Source: Acidobacteriota bacterium
GTDB lineage: Bacteria > Acidobacteriota > Thermoanaerobaculia > UBA5066
Assembly: GCA_030278895.1 (NCBI GenBank)
Contig: JARXKK010000003.1
Location: 4,471 to 68,470 of the forward strand
DNA: 64,000 nt
Direction of reading: 5' to 3'
Shown here: positions 18,627-26,834 of the stretch, piece after piece
Position numbering within the stretch: position 1 is the stretch's first letter
Layout: each line of letters starts with the position of its first letter
Position numbers and translations under genes: made by a program
The notes under the pieces: generated by a model
What the model was told of the DNA's origin: nothing
Database searches by the model: none
The model's input: only the letters and a program-made list of their open reading frames with translations

Positions 18627-19942
18627 GACCCCGGGGCAGGCGGAGGGGCCGCGGCCTGCTTCTCGCCGCGGGCGACGCCTGCGTTGCGTCGGGCCTTTTC
18701 GCCCTCGTCGTCGTGGCGCGCCGCCTGCTGCCGCTGCCGGGCACGGTCGGAAGGCTGCCGGCTTCCAATCTTTCCCTCGAGGTCCCGTGGCTCGCGCTCG
18801 TGGCTTTTGCGGCCCTGGCGGCCCTGTGGCTGGCCGGGACCTACGACGAGCCGTTCGCGTCGGTGAAGGAGCGGGGCGGCCTCCTCGTGTCCGCGCTCAT
18901 CGCCGGCGGCTTGCTCATCGCTGCCTACTTTCTTGCGGGCCAGGCGGTGCCGCGCACGGTGCTCCTCGTCTGGGTGCCGCTCCTGTCCTTCGCGCTCGGC
19001 CTCTGGCGGGCCTTCGCCGAGATCCTCGCGCCCATCGGCACGCGCGCGGTCTTCGTGCTCGGCGCGGGTGCCGACGCGCGTCGCGCCGCCGAGGCGCTGC
19101 GCACGGGACAGATCACAGGTCACGCGCTCGCAGGCTGGAGCGAAGACGTTTCGCTTCAGGAGTTGAAGGGGGCGCGGGACGTCATCTTCGCCTCCGAACG
19201 GCCGGAAGACCGGCCGAAGCTCGTGGAGCTGCTCGAACGCAGCCTCGAAAACGACTTCGAGCTCTGGGTGCTTCCCGGCCTCGCGGACATCGTGTCCTCG
19301 CGGGCCGTGACGAAGAGTCTCGCCGATCTGCCCCTGACGCCCGTGGCGACGCGGGGCGCGAGCCTCTTCGCGTTCGCGTGGAGACGCGCACTCGACGTCG
19401 TGCTCGGGACGCTCCTGCTCCTCGCCGCGGCCCCAGTGCTGTTCGTCGTGACGGTGGTCGTCGCGCTCGGCAGCCCGGGTGCGCCGTGGATTCGCCAGCG
19501 CCGGGTCGGCCGGGGGGGACAGGAGTTCCTCCTCTGGAAGGTCCGCACGATGCGGAGAGACGCCGAGGCGGGGACCGGCCCCACACTTTCGGGCCGCGAC
19601 GACGAGCGCGTGACGCCGACCGGTGCCTTCCTGAGGAAGACGCGGTTCGACGAGCTCCCGCAACTTCTCCACGTCCTCGGCGGGTCGATGAGCCTCATCG
19701 GTCCAAGGCCCGAGCGCCCCGAGTTCGTGGCCACTTACGAGAAGGAGATTCCCGCATATCGGCTTCGGCATGTCCTCAAGCCGGGTCTGACGGGCCTCGC
19801 TCAGGTGATGGGGGCTTACGCGACGAAGCCGGACGTCAAGCTCCGCTACGACCTCGGCTACCTCTTCCACTGGACGCCGCTCCTGGACGTTTTCATCCTG
19901 CTTCGGACGGTCGTCACGATCCTCAAGGGAAGTGGGGTTTAG
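18623..19942 (+). CDS. Polyprenyl-phosphate glycosyl-phosphotransferase (bacterial sugar transferase, WbaP/EpsB type)
   Basis: ATGA overlap at 18623-18626. N-terminal TM helices and the conserved C-terminal block KVRTMRRDAE...DERVTPTGAFLRKTRFDELPQLLHVLGGSMSLIGPRPERPEF. Confidence 0.9.
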   Translation: MRPRGRRRGRGLLLAAGDACVASGLFALVVVARRLLPLPGTVGRLPASNLSLEVPWLALVAFAALAALWLAGTYDEPFASVKERGGLLVSALIAGGLLIAAYFLAGQAVPRTVLLVWVPLLSFALGLWRAFAEILAPIGTRAVFVLGAGADARRAAEALRTGQITGHALAGWSEDVSLQELKGARDVIFASERPEDRPKLVELLERSLENDFELWVLPGLADIVSSRAVTKSLADLPLTPVATRGASLFAFAWRRALDVVLGTLLLLAAAPVLFVVTVVVALGSPGAPWIRQRRVGRGGQEFLLWKVRTMRRDAEAGTGPTLSGRDDERVTPTGAFLRKTRFDELPQLLHVLGGSMSLIGPRPERPEFVATYEKEIPAYRLRHVLKPGLTGLAQVMGAYATKPDVKLRYDLGYLFHWTPLLDVFILLRTVVTILKGSGV

Positions 19943-20000
19943 GGGGCGCGAGTTTCAATCGGATGCCTGATCGGAGATACTAGCGGGGAGATTATTTCTG

Positions 20001-20999
20001 ATGAAGAACGCCGTGGACCCGATTACCGAGGACTTCTCCTTCTCGGACCAGCGTGAGCCGCATGCGCTTCGCGCGAGAGAGATCCTCCGGAATCACGCGG
20101 AGATCCGCGGGCTCACGGGCCGCAACCCGTGGAGCGTCTTTCTCGTCATCGGAATCGTCGCGGTCCAGACCGCGCTCGCCGCCGTCCTCGGGCGCGCTCC
20201 GATCTGGGCCGGCCTCGCCGTCGCCTTCGCGGTCGGAGCGTTTCTGGATCACGCCCTCTGGGTCCTCATCCACGAGTGCGCCCACAACCTCTTGTTCAAG
20301 AGCGCCACGTGGAACCGGATCGCCGCAATGGCCGCCAACCTCCCGCACGTCCTGCCGAGCGCGATCTCCTTCCAGACGTATCACCTGAAGCACCACGCCT
20401 ACCAGGGTGTCTACGAGCTCGACGCGGACCTTCCGAACCGCTGGGAGGCCCGCCTCGTCGGCCATTCGCCCCTGCGCAAGGCCCTGTGGCTTCTGCTCTT
20501 CCCAATTTTTCAGGTCACACGGCCGCCGCGCCTGCGTGAGATCTCCCTCTTTTCTCCCTGGGTGTTCGTGAACATCGGCGTGCAGCTCGCGTACGACGCC
20601 GCCGTCTGGGCCGTGCTGGGGCCCAAGGCGCTCCTCTATCTCACGGTTTCCTTCTTCTTTTCCGTCGGTCTCCACCCGCTCGGCGCCCGATGGATTCAGG
20701 AGCACTATCTCGTTTTCGACGGTCAGGAGACGACGAGCTACTACGGGCCGCTCAACATCCCTGCGCTCAACGTCGGCTACCACAACGAGCATCACGACTT
20801 TCCGTCGGTGCCCTGGAACAGGCTTCCGGAGGTCCGCCGGTCGGTCCCCGAGGTCTACGGGGCCCTCCATTTCCACCGTTCGTGGACGCGCCTCCTCTTC
20901 CAGTTCATTTTCGACCGCCGGCTCTCCCTGTTCAGCCGGACGATCCGCACCGAACGCGGACAGAGACCGGTTCCCGCGAACGCATCCGCGGCCGCCTGA
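20001..20999 (+). CDS. Sphingolipid delta4-desaturase (dihydroceramide desaturase, DEGS/DES1) family protein
   Basis: Collinear with eukaryotic DEGS1 from the N-terminal Lipid_DES-like region (DQREPHALRAREIL) through three His boxes (HECAHN, YHLKHHAYQG, GYHNEHHDFPSVPW). Confidence 0.85.
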   Translation: MKNAVDPITEDFSFSDQREPHALRAREILRNHAEIRGLTGRNPWSVFLVIGIVAVQTALAAVLGRAPIWAGLAVAFAVGAFLDHALWVLIHECAHNLLFKSATWNRIAAMAANLPHVLPSAISFQTYHLKHHAYQGVYELDADLPNRWEARLVGHSPLRKALWLLLFPIFQVTRPPRLREISLFSPWVFVNIGVQLAYDAAVWAVLGPKALLYLTVSFFFSVGLHPLGARWIQEHYLVFDGQETTSYYGPLNIPALNVGYHNEHHDFPSVPWNRLPEVRRSVPEVYGALHFHRSWTRLLFQFIFDRRLSLFSRTIRTERGQRPVPANASAAA

Positions 21000-21039
21000 A
21001 AGAACAGGCCGGCAAATATCCTGGAGGCGAAAACCACGC

Positions 21040-21063
21040 GACCCCGAGCGCCTGCTCGGGGTC
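21040..21063. terminator. 10-bp perfect hairpin between convergent genes
   Basis: gaccccgagc-gcct-gctcggggtc. On the minus strand TGGTTTTC follows a few nt later, so it could end the Lmo0937-like gene. There is no U-tract on the plus side. Confidence 0.45.
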
Positions 21064-21093
21064 ACTGGACCTACGGCTCTTCGATCCGCGCGA

Positions 21094-21243
21094 TCACACG
21101 ACTCTGCGGCCCTGTATGACTCGGATGAGAACCACGACGATCGCGATCACGAGGAGGATGTGAATGAATCCTCCCATCGTATAGGATGTGACCATTCCCA
21201 GGAGCCAGAGTACGAGCAGGATCACGAAGATGGTCCAAAGCAT
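21094..21243 (-). CDS. Lmo0937-family small membrane protein (49 aa)
   Basis: MLWTIFVILLVLWLLGMVTSYTMGGFIHILLVIAIVVVLIRVIQGRRVV. A GGAGG-containing SD (caggaggaagaac) precedes ATG 21243. Confidence 0.8.
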   Translation of the reverse strand: MLWTIFVILLVLWLLGMVTSYTMGGFIHILLVIAIVVVLIRVIQGRRVV

Positions 21244-21265
21244 GTTCTTCCTCCTGCCTTGGGTC

Positions 21266-21281
21266 AGCAACAGCCGTGCCG
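21266..21281 (-). promoter_or_regulatory. Sigma-54 (-24/-12) type promoter for the Lmo0937-like gene
   Basis: Minus strand reads CGGCAC-ggctg-TTGCT (GG-N10-GC). The -12 C lies 23 nt before ATG 21243. Confidence 0.55.
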
Positions 21282-21286
21282 CGCTT

Positions 21287-21302
21287 TGGCTCGCTTCGTG
21301 CT
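21287..21302 (+). promoter_or_regulatory. Weaker sigma-54-like element upstream of the SOD-like gene
   Basis: TGGCTC-gcttc-GTGCT. GG-N10-GC is kept, with two mismatches to TGGCAC-N5-TTGC. It lies 25 nt before ATG 21327. Confidence 0.35.
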
Positions 21303-21320
21303 GACAGGCCGAAAAGGGGG

Positions 21321-21944
21321 ATGACCATGGCTCTTTACTCGGCAAAGGATTTCACCCGGCTGATCGGCACTCCCGGGTTCAGTGATGCGCTTCTCAGGCA
21401 GCACTTCGAGCTCTACAGCGGCTACGTGAAGAACGCGAATGCCCTTCTACACGAGCTGGGGGCCGCGTCTCCCGCGAAGCCGCCAACGCCGGCTTGGTCC
21501 GAGCTCAAGCGCCGCTTCGGCTGGGAATGGAACGGCATGCGCCTTCACGAGTTCTATTTTGGAAATTTGACAAAGAAGAAGGGGAACCTGGAAAAGACTG
21601 CCGGTCTTGGGGCGCAGTTGATCCGGGACTTCGGTTCGCGAGAGTCCTGGGAGAAGGACTTTCGCGCGACCGGCAGCCTTCGGGGAATCGGCTGGGCCGC
21701 CGTCGTCTGGGACGCCGAGGCGCGCCGCCTGTTCAACGTCTGGGTGGACGAGCACGACCGCGGGCAGCTCGCCGGATGCCCGGTCATCCTTCTGATGGAC
21801 GCCTTCGAGCACGCGTACATGGCCGATTACGGCACGAAGCGCGGTGAGTACATCGACGCGTTCCTCTCCGCCGCGGACTGGGAAGTCGCGACACGCCGAT
21901 TCGAGATGGCCGAAGCGGCGGCCCGGGCTGCCGTTCACGCGTGA
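21321..21944 (+). CDS. Fe/Mn superoxide-dismutase-family protein
   Basis: Metal-ligand context conserved: QHFELYSGYVKN, MRLHEFYFGNL, LLMDAFEHAYMADYG. The start is ATG 21321 or ATG 21327. Confidence 0.75.
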   Translation: MTMALYSAKDFTRLIGTPGFSDALLRQHFELYSGYVKNANALLHELGAASPAKPPTPAWSELKRRFGWEWNGMRLHEFYFGNLTKKKGNLEKTAGLGAQLIRDFGSRESWEKDFRATGSLRGIGWAAVVWDAEARRLFNVWVDEHDRGQLAGCPVILLMDAFEHAYMADYGTKRGEYIDAFLSAADWEVATRRFEMAEAAARAAVHA

Positions 21945-23437
21945 CATGGCGGAGGGCGATTCTCGGTGTCGCCGGTGTCGTCGCGCTCGGTGTCGTCTGC
22001 CTGGTCGGGGCGACGAACGTCGCCCTGAAGTCGGACTGGCTCTCCGCGCGGATCAACTCGGACCCCGCGACGCTCCTCGTCACGTATACGCGCGCTCGGT
22101 CGTTCTCGCCCGGGCGTCTTCGGTTCGACACGCTCGTCATCCGGAGCCGGGACTCGAACATCGAATGGGAGGCTCGGCTCGAGGGCGTGACGGTCAGCGT
22201 GCGCCTGCTCGATCTTCTGAGGCGCAGGCTCGGCGCGCGCTCCGTGCGTGCGAACACCCTGACGTTCCGCCTCCGGGAGCGTCTCGAGCGTTCCGAGGCG
22301 ACACCTGCCCGCCTCGCCCGCTATCCCCGCATCGCGGGATTTGGCGAGCCGCCGCTGCGGGACCGGCAGAACCGTCCCGCCCACGCGGGAAATCCGTGGA
22401 GGATCGTGGTGGACGATCTCTCCGTCGGCGTCGTGCGCGAGATCTGGATCGACTCGTGGCACTGGACCGGAACGGCGAGCCTCGGGGGAGGGCTCGACCT
22501 GTTCCCCGGCCACCGGGCCGAGGTATTTCCGGCCGAGCTCTCCTTCACCGGCGGAACGCTTCGGTTCGGTGAACGCGAGGCGTTTCGCGAAACCATGGGA
22601 ACCCTCCGCGCCGCGCTGCCGCGCTTCGAGACGCAGGAATATCCGGGAAACGAAGTCTGGAAGATCATGTCCGGCACGGTCCTGCTTCGCGGCGCTCTGC
22701 GGGGCCTCGACTTCCTTTCCGCGGACGGCGAAGGGCTGCGCGTCGCGGGCGGAATCGGGTCCGCCCGGATCGGGGTGGTTCTGGATGGCGGGCGGGGGCG
22801 CGCGCGTGTGGACGTGGACGCGGGTCGAGTCGTGGCTAAGACCGGGCCACGCGTCTTGCGCGGTTCCGCGCGCACGGTCGTGCACGCGCGCGAGATCGAC
22901 TTTCGTGAAGGCGTCGTCTCGTTTTCCGGAAGCACGCTCGCGCTTTCGGATCTCTCTCTGGACGGCGCGGCAGGGGAGGCCTGGGCCGGATCCTTCACGA
23001 CTCCAGCCGCGCGTGTCCATCTCACCGACGGCTCGCTGGACGCCCGGGTCGTCGCCCGCCTCCGGGATGGCCGTCCACTCGTGGCGCTTCTGCCGTCAGG
23101 CCCGCCGAAGTGGCTCGCGGGGCTCGTCGACCTTCGCGACTTCGGGGCGGAGGGCCATGTCTTGCATGCGCCGGGCCGGTTGACGATCGCGAAGGCGCGC
23201 GCGGAGGCGGGGACGTTCTCCCTCTCGGGCGACTACCGCCAGACGCGCCGACGCACATGGGGCGCCCTCCTGGTCCGGAAGGGCGGCCTGTCCGTCGGTG
23301 TGGGCCTCGGGTCCGGGGCGGCCTTCCACATTTCCGGGGCGACCGAGTGGTTCGAGAGCGAAGGCCGTCCCGGAGGTCTCAGAACGGATCAGCCGCGCGA
23401 AACCGGGGATGTCGCCGCGACACGGCGAAGCAAGTAA
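21941..23437 (+). CDS. Hypothetical membrane-anchored protein (N-terminal TM helix, beta-rich; AsmA/DUF748-like impression only)
   Basis: ATGA overlap with the upstream gene (21941-21944). TM helix ILGVAGVVALGVVCLVGA. GC3-rich codons throughout. No recognisable catalytic motif. Confidence 0.65.
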   Translation: MTWRRAILGVAGVVALGVVCLVGATNVALKSDWLSARINSDPATLLVTYTRARSFSPGRLRFDTLVIRSRDSNIEWEARLEGVTVSVRLLDLLRRRLGARSVRANTLTFRLRERLERSEATPARLARYPRIAGFGEPPLRDRQNRPAHAGNPWRIVVDDLSVGVVREIWIDSWHWTGTASLGGGLDLFPGHRAEVFPAELSFTGGTLRFGEREAFRETMGTLRAALPRFETQEYPGNEVWKIMSGTVLLRGALRGLDFLSADGEGLRVAGGIGSARIGVVLDGGRGRARVDVDAGRVVAKTGPRVLRGSARTVVHAREIDFREGVVSFSGSTLALSDLSLDGAAGEAWAGSFTTPAARVHLTDGSLDARVVARLRDGRPLVALLPSGPPKWLAGLVDLRDFGAEGHVLHAPGRLTIAKARAEAGTFSLSGDYRQTRRRTWGALLVRKGGLSVGVGLGSGAAFHISGATEWFESEGRPGGLRTDQPRETGDVAATRRSK

Positions 23438-23685
23438 GCCGCGGCGATTCCCACGCCGATCACTCCAAAGAGGATGGGGACGGTACGGCTGCGAGTTGGC
23501 CGTTCCAAGGAGGTCCAGTTGCGGACGAGAACCCTCTTGATCTTCGCGCCTTCGGTTCCTGCTTCGTTGAGGATACGGCCGACGGAGTTAGCGACCTGCG
23601 TCACAGTTTCGTCTGTCCGGTTGCCGAGCTCCGAGGAGCCGCCCCGGAGTGCGGAAATGACCTGATCGATCGTATTTTTTGTCAT
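23389..23685 (-). CDS. DUF883/YqjD(ElaB)-like tail-anchored stress protein
   Basis: Start at ATG 23685 with GGAG SD. Helical N-terminal part and a C-terminal TM anchor (VPILFGVIGVGIAAAYLL). The 3' end overlaps the convergent gene by 49 nt. Confidence 0.6.
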   Translation of the reverse strand: MTKNTIDQVISALRGGSSELGNRTDETVTQVANSVGRILNEAGTEGAKIKRVLVRNWTSLERPTRSRTVPILFGVIGVGIAAAYLLRRVAATSPVSRG

Positions 23686-23759
23686 CGTGAAACTCCTTCC
23701 GGAAGTATCCGGCTCGATTTGAGCTGCAAGATCGACGCCGGGTGCTCGCAGGGGGGCCG

Positions 23760-23775
23760 TGGCACATGCGTTGCT
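23760..23775 (+). promoter_or_regulatory. Sigma-54 (-24/-12) promoter
   Basis: TGGCAC-atgcg-TTGCT matches the TGGCAC-N5-TTGCW consensus exactly. The -12 C is 24 nt before ATG 23799, with GGAGG SD in between. Confidence 0.65.
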
Positions 23776-23798
23776 AATTTGAGATCCGGAGGCTCCAA

Positions 23799-24113
23799 AT
23801 GGAAAACATTTACAGTCCCGCCGTCGATGAACAGGCACGGAATACCGCCCGCGCGGCACAGAAGCTCGGCAACGAGGTAAAAAAGGACTTCGACGACGCG
23901 GTTTCGCGCGGCAAGGCTGCCGCCCAGGGACTCGGATTCGACACACAGAAAGTCGCCGATCGCGCGCGAGAGTACGTGGAGTCCACCCGCAAGAACGTCG
24001 GAAAGGCCGCCGCGCGCGTCACGACGTATGCGGACGACAACACGGCCCTCGTCGCCGTGGCCGCTTTCGGAATCGGGCTGCTCGTCGGACACCTGGTCAC
24101 GCGGGAATCGTGA
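23799..24113 (+). CDS. DUF883/YqjD(ElaB)-like tail-anchored stress protein
   Basis: Charged helical N-terminal part and C-terminal anchor ALVAVAAFGIGLLVGHLV. GGAGG SD. Confidence 0.8.
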   Translation: MENIYSPAVDEQARNTARAAQKLGNEVKKDFDDAVSRGKAAAQGLGFDTQKVADRAREYVESTRKNVGKAAARVTTYADDNTALVAVAAFGIGLLVGHLVTRES

Positions 24114-24706
24114 GCGGCGTGCAGACGGGCGGTCCCGGAAAGAAAAAGGAGGCATCGCCTCGCCATCCCTTCCTCAGCGACGTGAGGGAGCTACGCAAGC
24201 GCGCGCGCAGGGAGATCGAAGAAGGAGCCGTCACGCCGAGTTATCGGGCGGACGCGGCGAAGGTGACCCGTCTTCTCAACGTCGCCCTCGCGACGGAGAT
24301 CGTGTGCGTTCTGAGGTACAAGCGGCACTACTTCATGGCGGAGGGCATCCACGCCGAGTCCGTCAAGCAGGAGTTCCTCGAGCACGCGAACGAGGAGCAG
24401 GTCCACGCTGACCGCATCTGCGAGAGGATCCGGCAGCTCGGTGGCGAGCCCGACCTCAACCCGGCCGGGCTTCTTTCGAAGAGTCATACCGAATACCAGG
24501 AGGGCGAGACCCTCGTCGACATGATCCGCGAAGATCTCGTGGCCGAGCGGATCGCGATCGAGTCGTACAAGGAATTGATCGACTACGTGGGGAAAGACGA
24601 CCCGACGACGCGCCGGCTCTTCGAATGGATCCTCGGCGAGGAAGAGGAGCACGCGGACGACATGTCCGACCTCCTGAAGTCCTTCAACGGGGAAAAGAAG
24701 GCCTGA
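24110..24706 (+). CDS. Ferritin-like / bacterioferritin-like di-iron protein
   Basis: GTGA overlap at 24110-24113. Ferritin-like ligand pattern: ALATEIVCVLRY, EHANEEQVHADR, DLVAERIAIESY, EEEEHADDM. Confidence 0.75.
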   Translation: MSGVQTGGPGKKKEASPRHPFLSDVRELRKRARREIEEGAVTPSYRADAAKVTRLLNVALATEIVCVLRYKRHYFMAEGIHAESVKQEFLEHANEEQVHADRICERIRQLGGEPDLNPAGLLSKSHTEYQEGETLVDMIREDLVAERIAIESYKELIDYVGKDDPTTRRLFEWILGEEEEHADDMSDLLKSFNGEKKA

Positions 24707-24707
24707 C

Positions 24708-25829
24708 TTGGCGGTGACCGAGGTCCGCGTGGCCTGGGCCACCCTCCTCAAGATCCTGGCGGCGATCCTCGCCGCGTGGGCGCTCGTCCATCTCTGGGCC
24801 GGGATCGAGGTTCTTCTCATCGCGGCCCTTTTCGCGATGGCTCTGAGTCCTTCCGTGGATTGGATGGAGGGCCATGGTTTCGGCCGGGGATGGGCGGTCG
24901 CGACCCTGGCCGTCCTCGGGGTCGCGGCTCTGGGCGCCTTCGTGTCCCTGGTGCTGCCGCCGCTCTCGGATGAAATGTCGGGTCTCTGGAAGAGCCTCCC
25001 GCATCTCCGCCAGAACATCAGCCATGAGATGGAACGCAGCGGGCTCGCTTCGCGCGTCGTGCTGCCGCTCCTCGATCTTCCCCGGTCCGCCGAGTTCGAC
25101 GCCTGGCTCTCCCGGCCGATGGGGTGGGGACCGACGGCGGTAGAGGCCGTGGCGGCATCGTTCCTCGTGGCCGTCCTCTCTCTCTACCTGATTCTCGACG
25201 GGAGAACGGTCGTCGCGTGGCTGCTCGCCTATGTGCCTCGTCAGCATCGCGGAAAAATGTCTTCCATGATTCCGGAGGTCTTCGGTGTCGTGAAGGCCTA
25301 CGCGATCGGGCAGCTCATCACGTCCGCCCTGTTCACGGTGTTCTGCTTCGCGGTTTTGACGGCGTTCCACGTGCCTGCCGCGCTTTCCCTCGCGCTTTTC
25401 GCGGGCGTCTGCGACGCGGTTCCCGTGGCGGGGATCTTCATCGCGATGGCGGCCGCGGCCCTGATCTCTCTCACGGTCAGCTCAGGGACGGCCCTGATCG
25501 TCCTCGGTCTCTACGTCGCCTACCATCTGTTCGAGACGTACGTTCTCGTCCCGCGTCTTTACGGTAACCGCCTGCGGCTGTCCACCCTCACCGTCCTCAT
25601 TGCGATCGTGGCAGGCGGAATGCTGGACGGCGTGATCGGAGCAATGCTGGCCCTTCCGCTCGTCGCGGCGTACCCGGTCGTCGAGAAACACTGGCTCGAC
25701 GACTACCTTCATCCCGATGCCGTCGAGGACCACGCGTCGCTCCGCGCCGCCACCGAGGGAACCGCTGAAGGGCAGGAAGCGGCCGTCGACGCCGTCATGA
25801 AAGGCGAGAAGCCGGCGCGGTCGGCTTGA
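24708..25829 (+). CDS. AI-2E (PerM/YdiK) family transporter
   Basis: About 8 TM helices with the family-typical length and the C-terminal GLYVAYHLFETYVLVPRLYG... block. Confidence 0.75.
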   Translation: MAVTEVRVAWATLLKILAAILAAWALVHLWAGIEVLLIAALFAMALSPSVDWMEGHGFGRGWAVATLAVLGVAALGAFVSLVLPPLSDEMSGLWKSLPHLRQNISHEMERSGLASRVVLPLLDLPRSAEFDAWLSRPMGWGPTAVEAVAASFLVAVLSLYLILDGRTVVAWLLAYVPRQHRGKMSSMIPEVFGVVKAYAIGQLITSALFTVFCFAVLTAFHVPAALSLALFAGVCDAVPVAGIFIAMAAAALISLTVSSGTALIVLGLYVAYHLFETYVLVPRLYGNRLRLSTLTVLIAIVAGGMLDGVIGAMLALPLVAAYPVVEKHWLDDYLHPDAVEDHASLRAATEGTAEGQEAAVDAVMKGEKPARSA

Positions 25830-26751
25830 CCACGGTGGTCACCGGTATGGCTCCTTCCGCGGCCGGGGGCAGTTTGCCTCTCCCGCGCCTCTCCGTGTAG
25901 CTCCGCGTCAGCTCCGCGCCGAAGAAAAAGATCTGCGCGGAGTAATAGACCCACAGCAGGAGGAGCACGAGGGATCCCGCCGCGCCATAGGCCGTCGCGA
26001 CCGTTGCCGTCCCGAGATAGGCGCCAATCGCGAACTTTCCCGCCGTGAACAGGGTGGATGTCACCACGGCGCCGAGCGCGACGTCGCCCCACGAGAGAAC
26101 GACGTCCGGAAGAATTTTGTAGATGAGGCCGAAGAGAATCGCTAGAACGCCGAAGGAAACGACGATGTCCAGGCTCTCCAGGACGGGGCCGGAGCCGTCG
26201 ATGTGGCGGCCGACGGAGGCGCCCAGCCCCGCGATCGCCGTGCTCACACCGAGAGAGACGATGAGCAGGAACCCCGTCCCAATGACGAGATTCAGGGCCA
26301 GGAGCCGGCCCTTCAGGAGGCCCTTGACCACACCCTTCTCCGTCTGTTGAACCTTCCAGATGAGATTGAGGGCGTCGCGAAGTTCTGCGAAGACGCTGGT
26401 GGCCCCGAACAGGACGAAAACGAGCCCGACGGCCGTGGCGACCAGCCCGTGGCCCGGACGGGCCGCCGCTCGAATCATCTGATCGAACATCTCGCTGCCA
26501 CTCTTGCCGATGAGCTGGGAGATCTGGTGGAGCAACCCGGCTTGCGCCGCATCTCGTCCGAAGAGGAGCCCCGCGATCGAAATCGTCACGATCAGGAGGG
26601 GCGGAAACGAAAGGAGCGAGTAGAAGGAGAGCGCGGCACCCAGTCGAAGTGCGTTGTCGTCACTCCACCCCCGGGCGGCGGAGACGATGATCCGGAGTAG
26701 CTCGGGCGGAGATAAGAGGGGCGCAAACGGACGCCGGGAGTCTTTTTTCAC
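25795..26751 (-). CDS. YihY/BrkB (virulence factor BrkB, 'RNase BN-like') family membrane protein
   Basis: ALRLGAALSFYSLLSFPPLLIV signature and 6 TM helices. The start is uncertain: GTG 26751 is preferred over ATG 26877, which would add an Arg-rich extension and cover the neighbouring promoter. Confidence 0.75.
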   Translation of the reverse strand: MKKDSRRPFAPLLSPPELLRIIVSAARGWSDDNALRLGAALSFYSLLSFPPLLIVTISIAGLLFGRDAAQAGLLHQISQLIGKSGSEMFDQMIRAAARPGHGLVATAVGLVFVLFGATSVFAELRDALNLIWKVQQTEKGVVKGLLKGRLLALNLVIGTGFLLIVSLGVSTAIAGLGASVGRHIDGSGPVLESLDIVVSFGVLAILFGLIYKILPDVVLSWGDVALGAVVTSTLFTAGKFAIGAYLGTATVATAYGAAGSLVLLLLWVYYSAQIFFFGAELTRSYTERRGRGKLPPAAEGAIPVTTVVKPTAPASRLS

Positions 26752-26807
26752 GAATTTGCGGATGCATGTGTCACGCCACGGCTCGATTCGCCTCCGGCAC
26801 CGCCCGA

Positions 26808-26822
26808 TGGCACGCGGCTTGC
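26808..26822 (+). promoter_or_regulatory. Sigma-54 (-24/-12) promoter
   Basis: TGGCAC-gcggc-TTGC is an exact core consensus. It lies 12 nt before GTG 26835 and 27 nt before TTG 26850. Confidence 0.6.
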
Positions 26823-26834
26823 GCTGCGTGAGGT

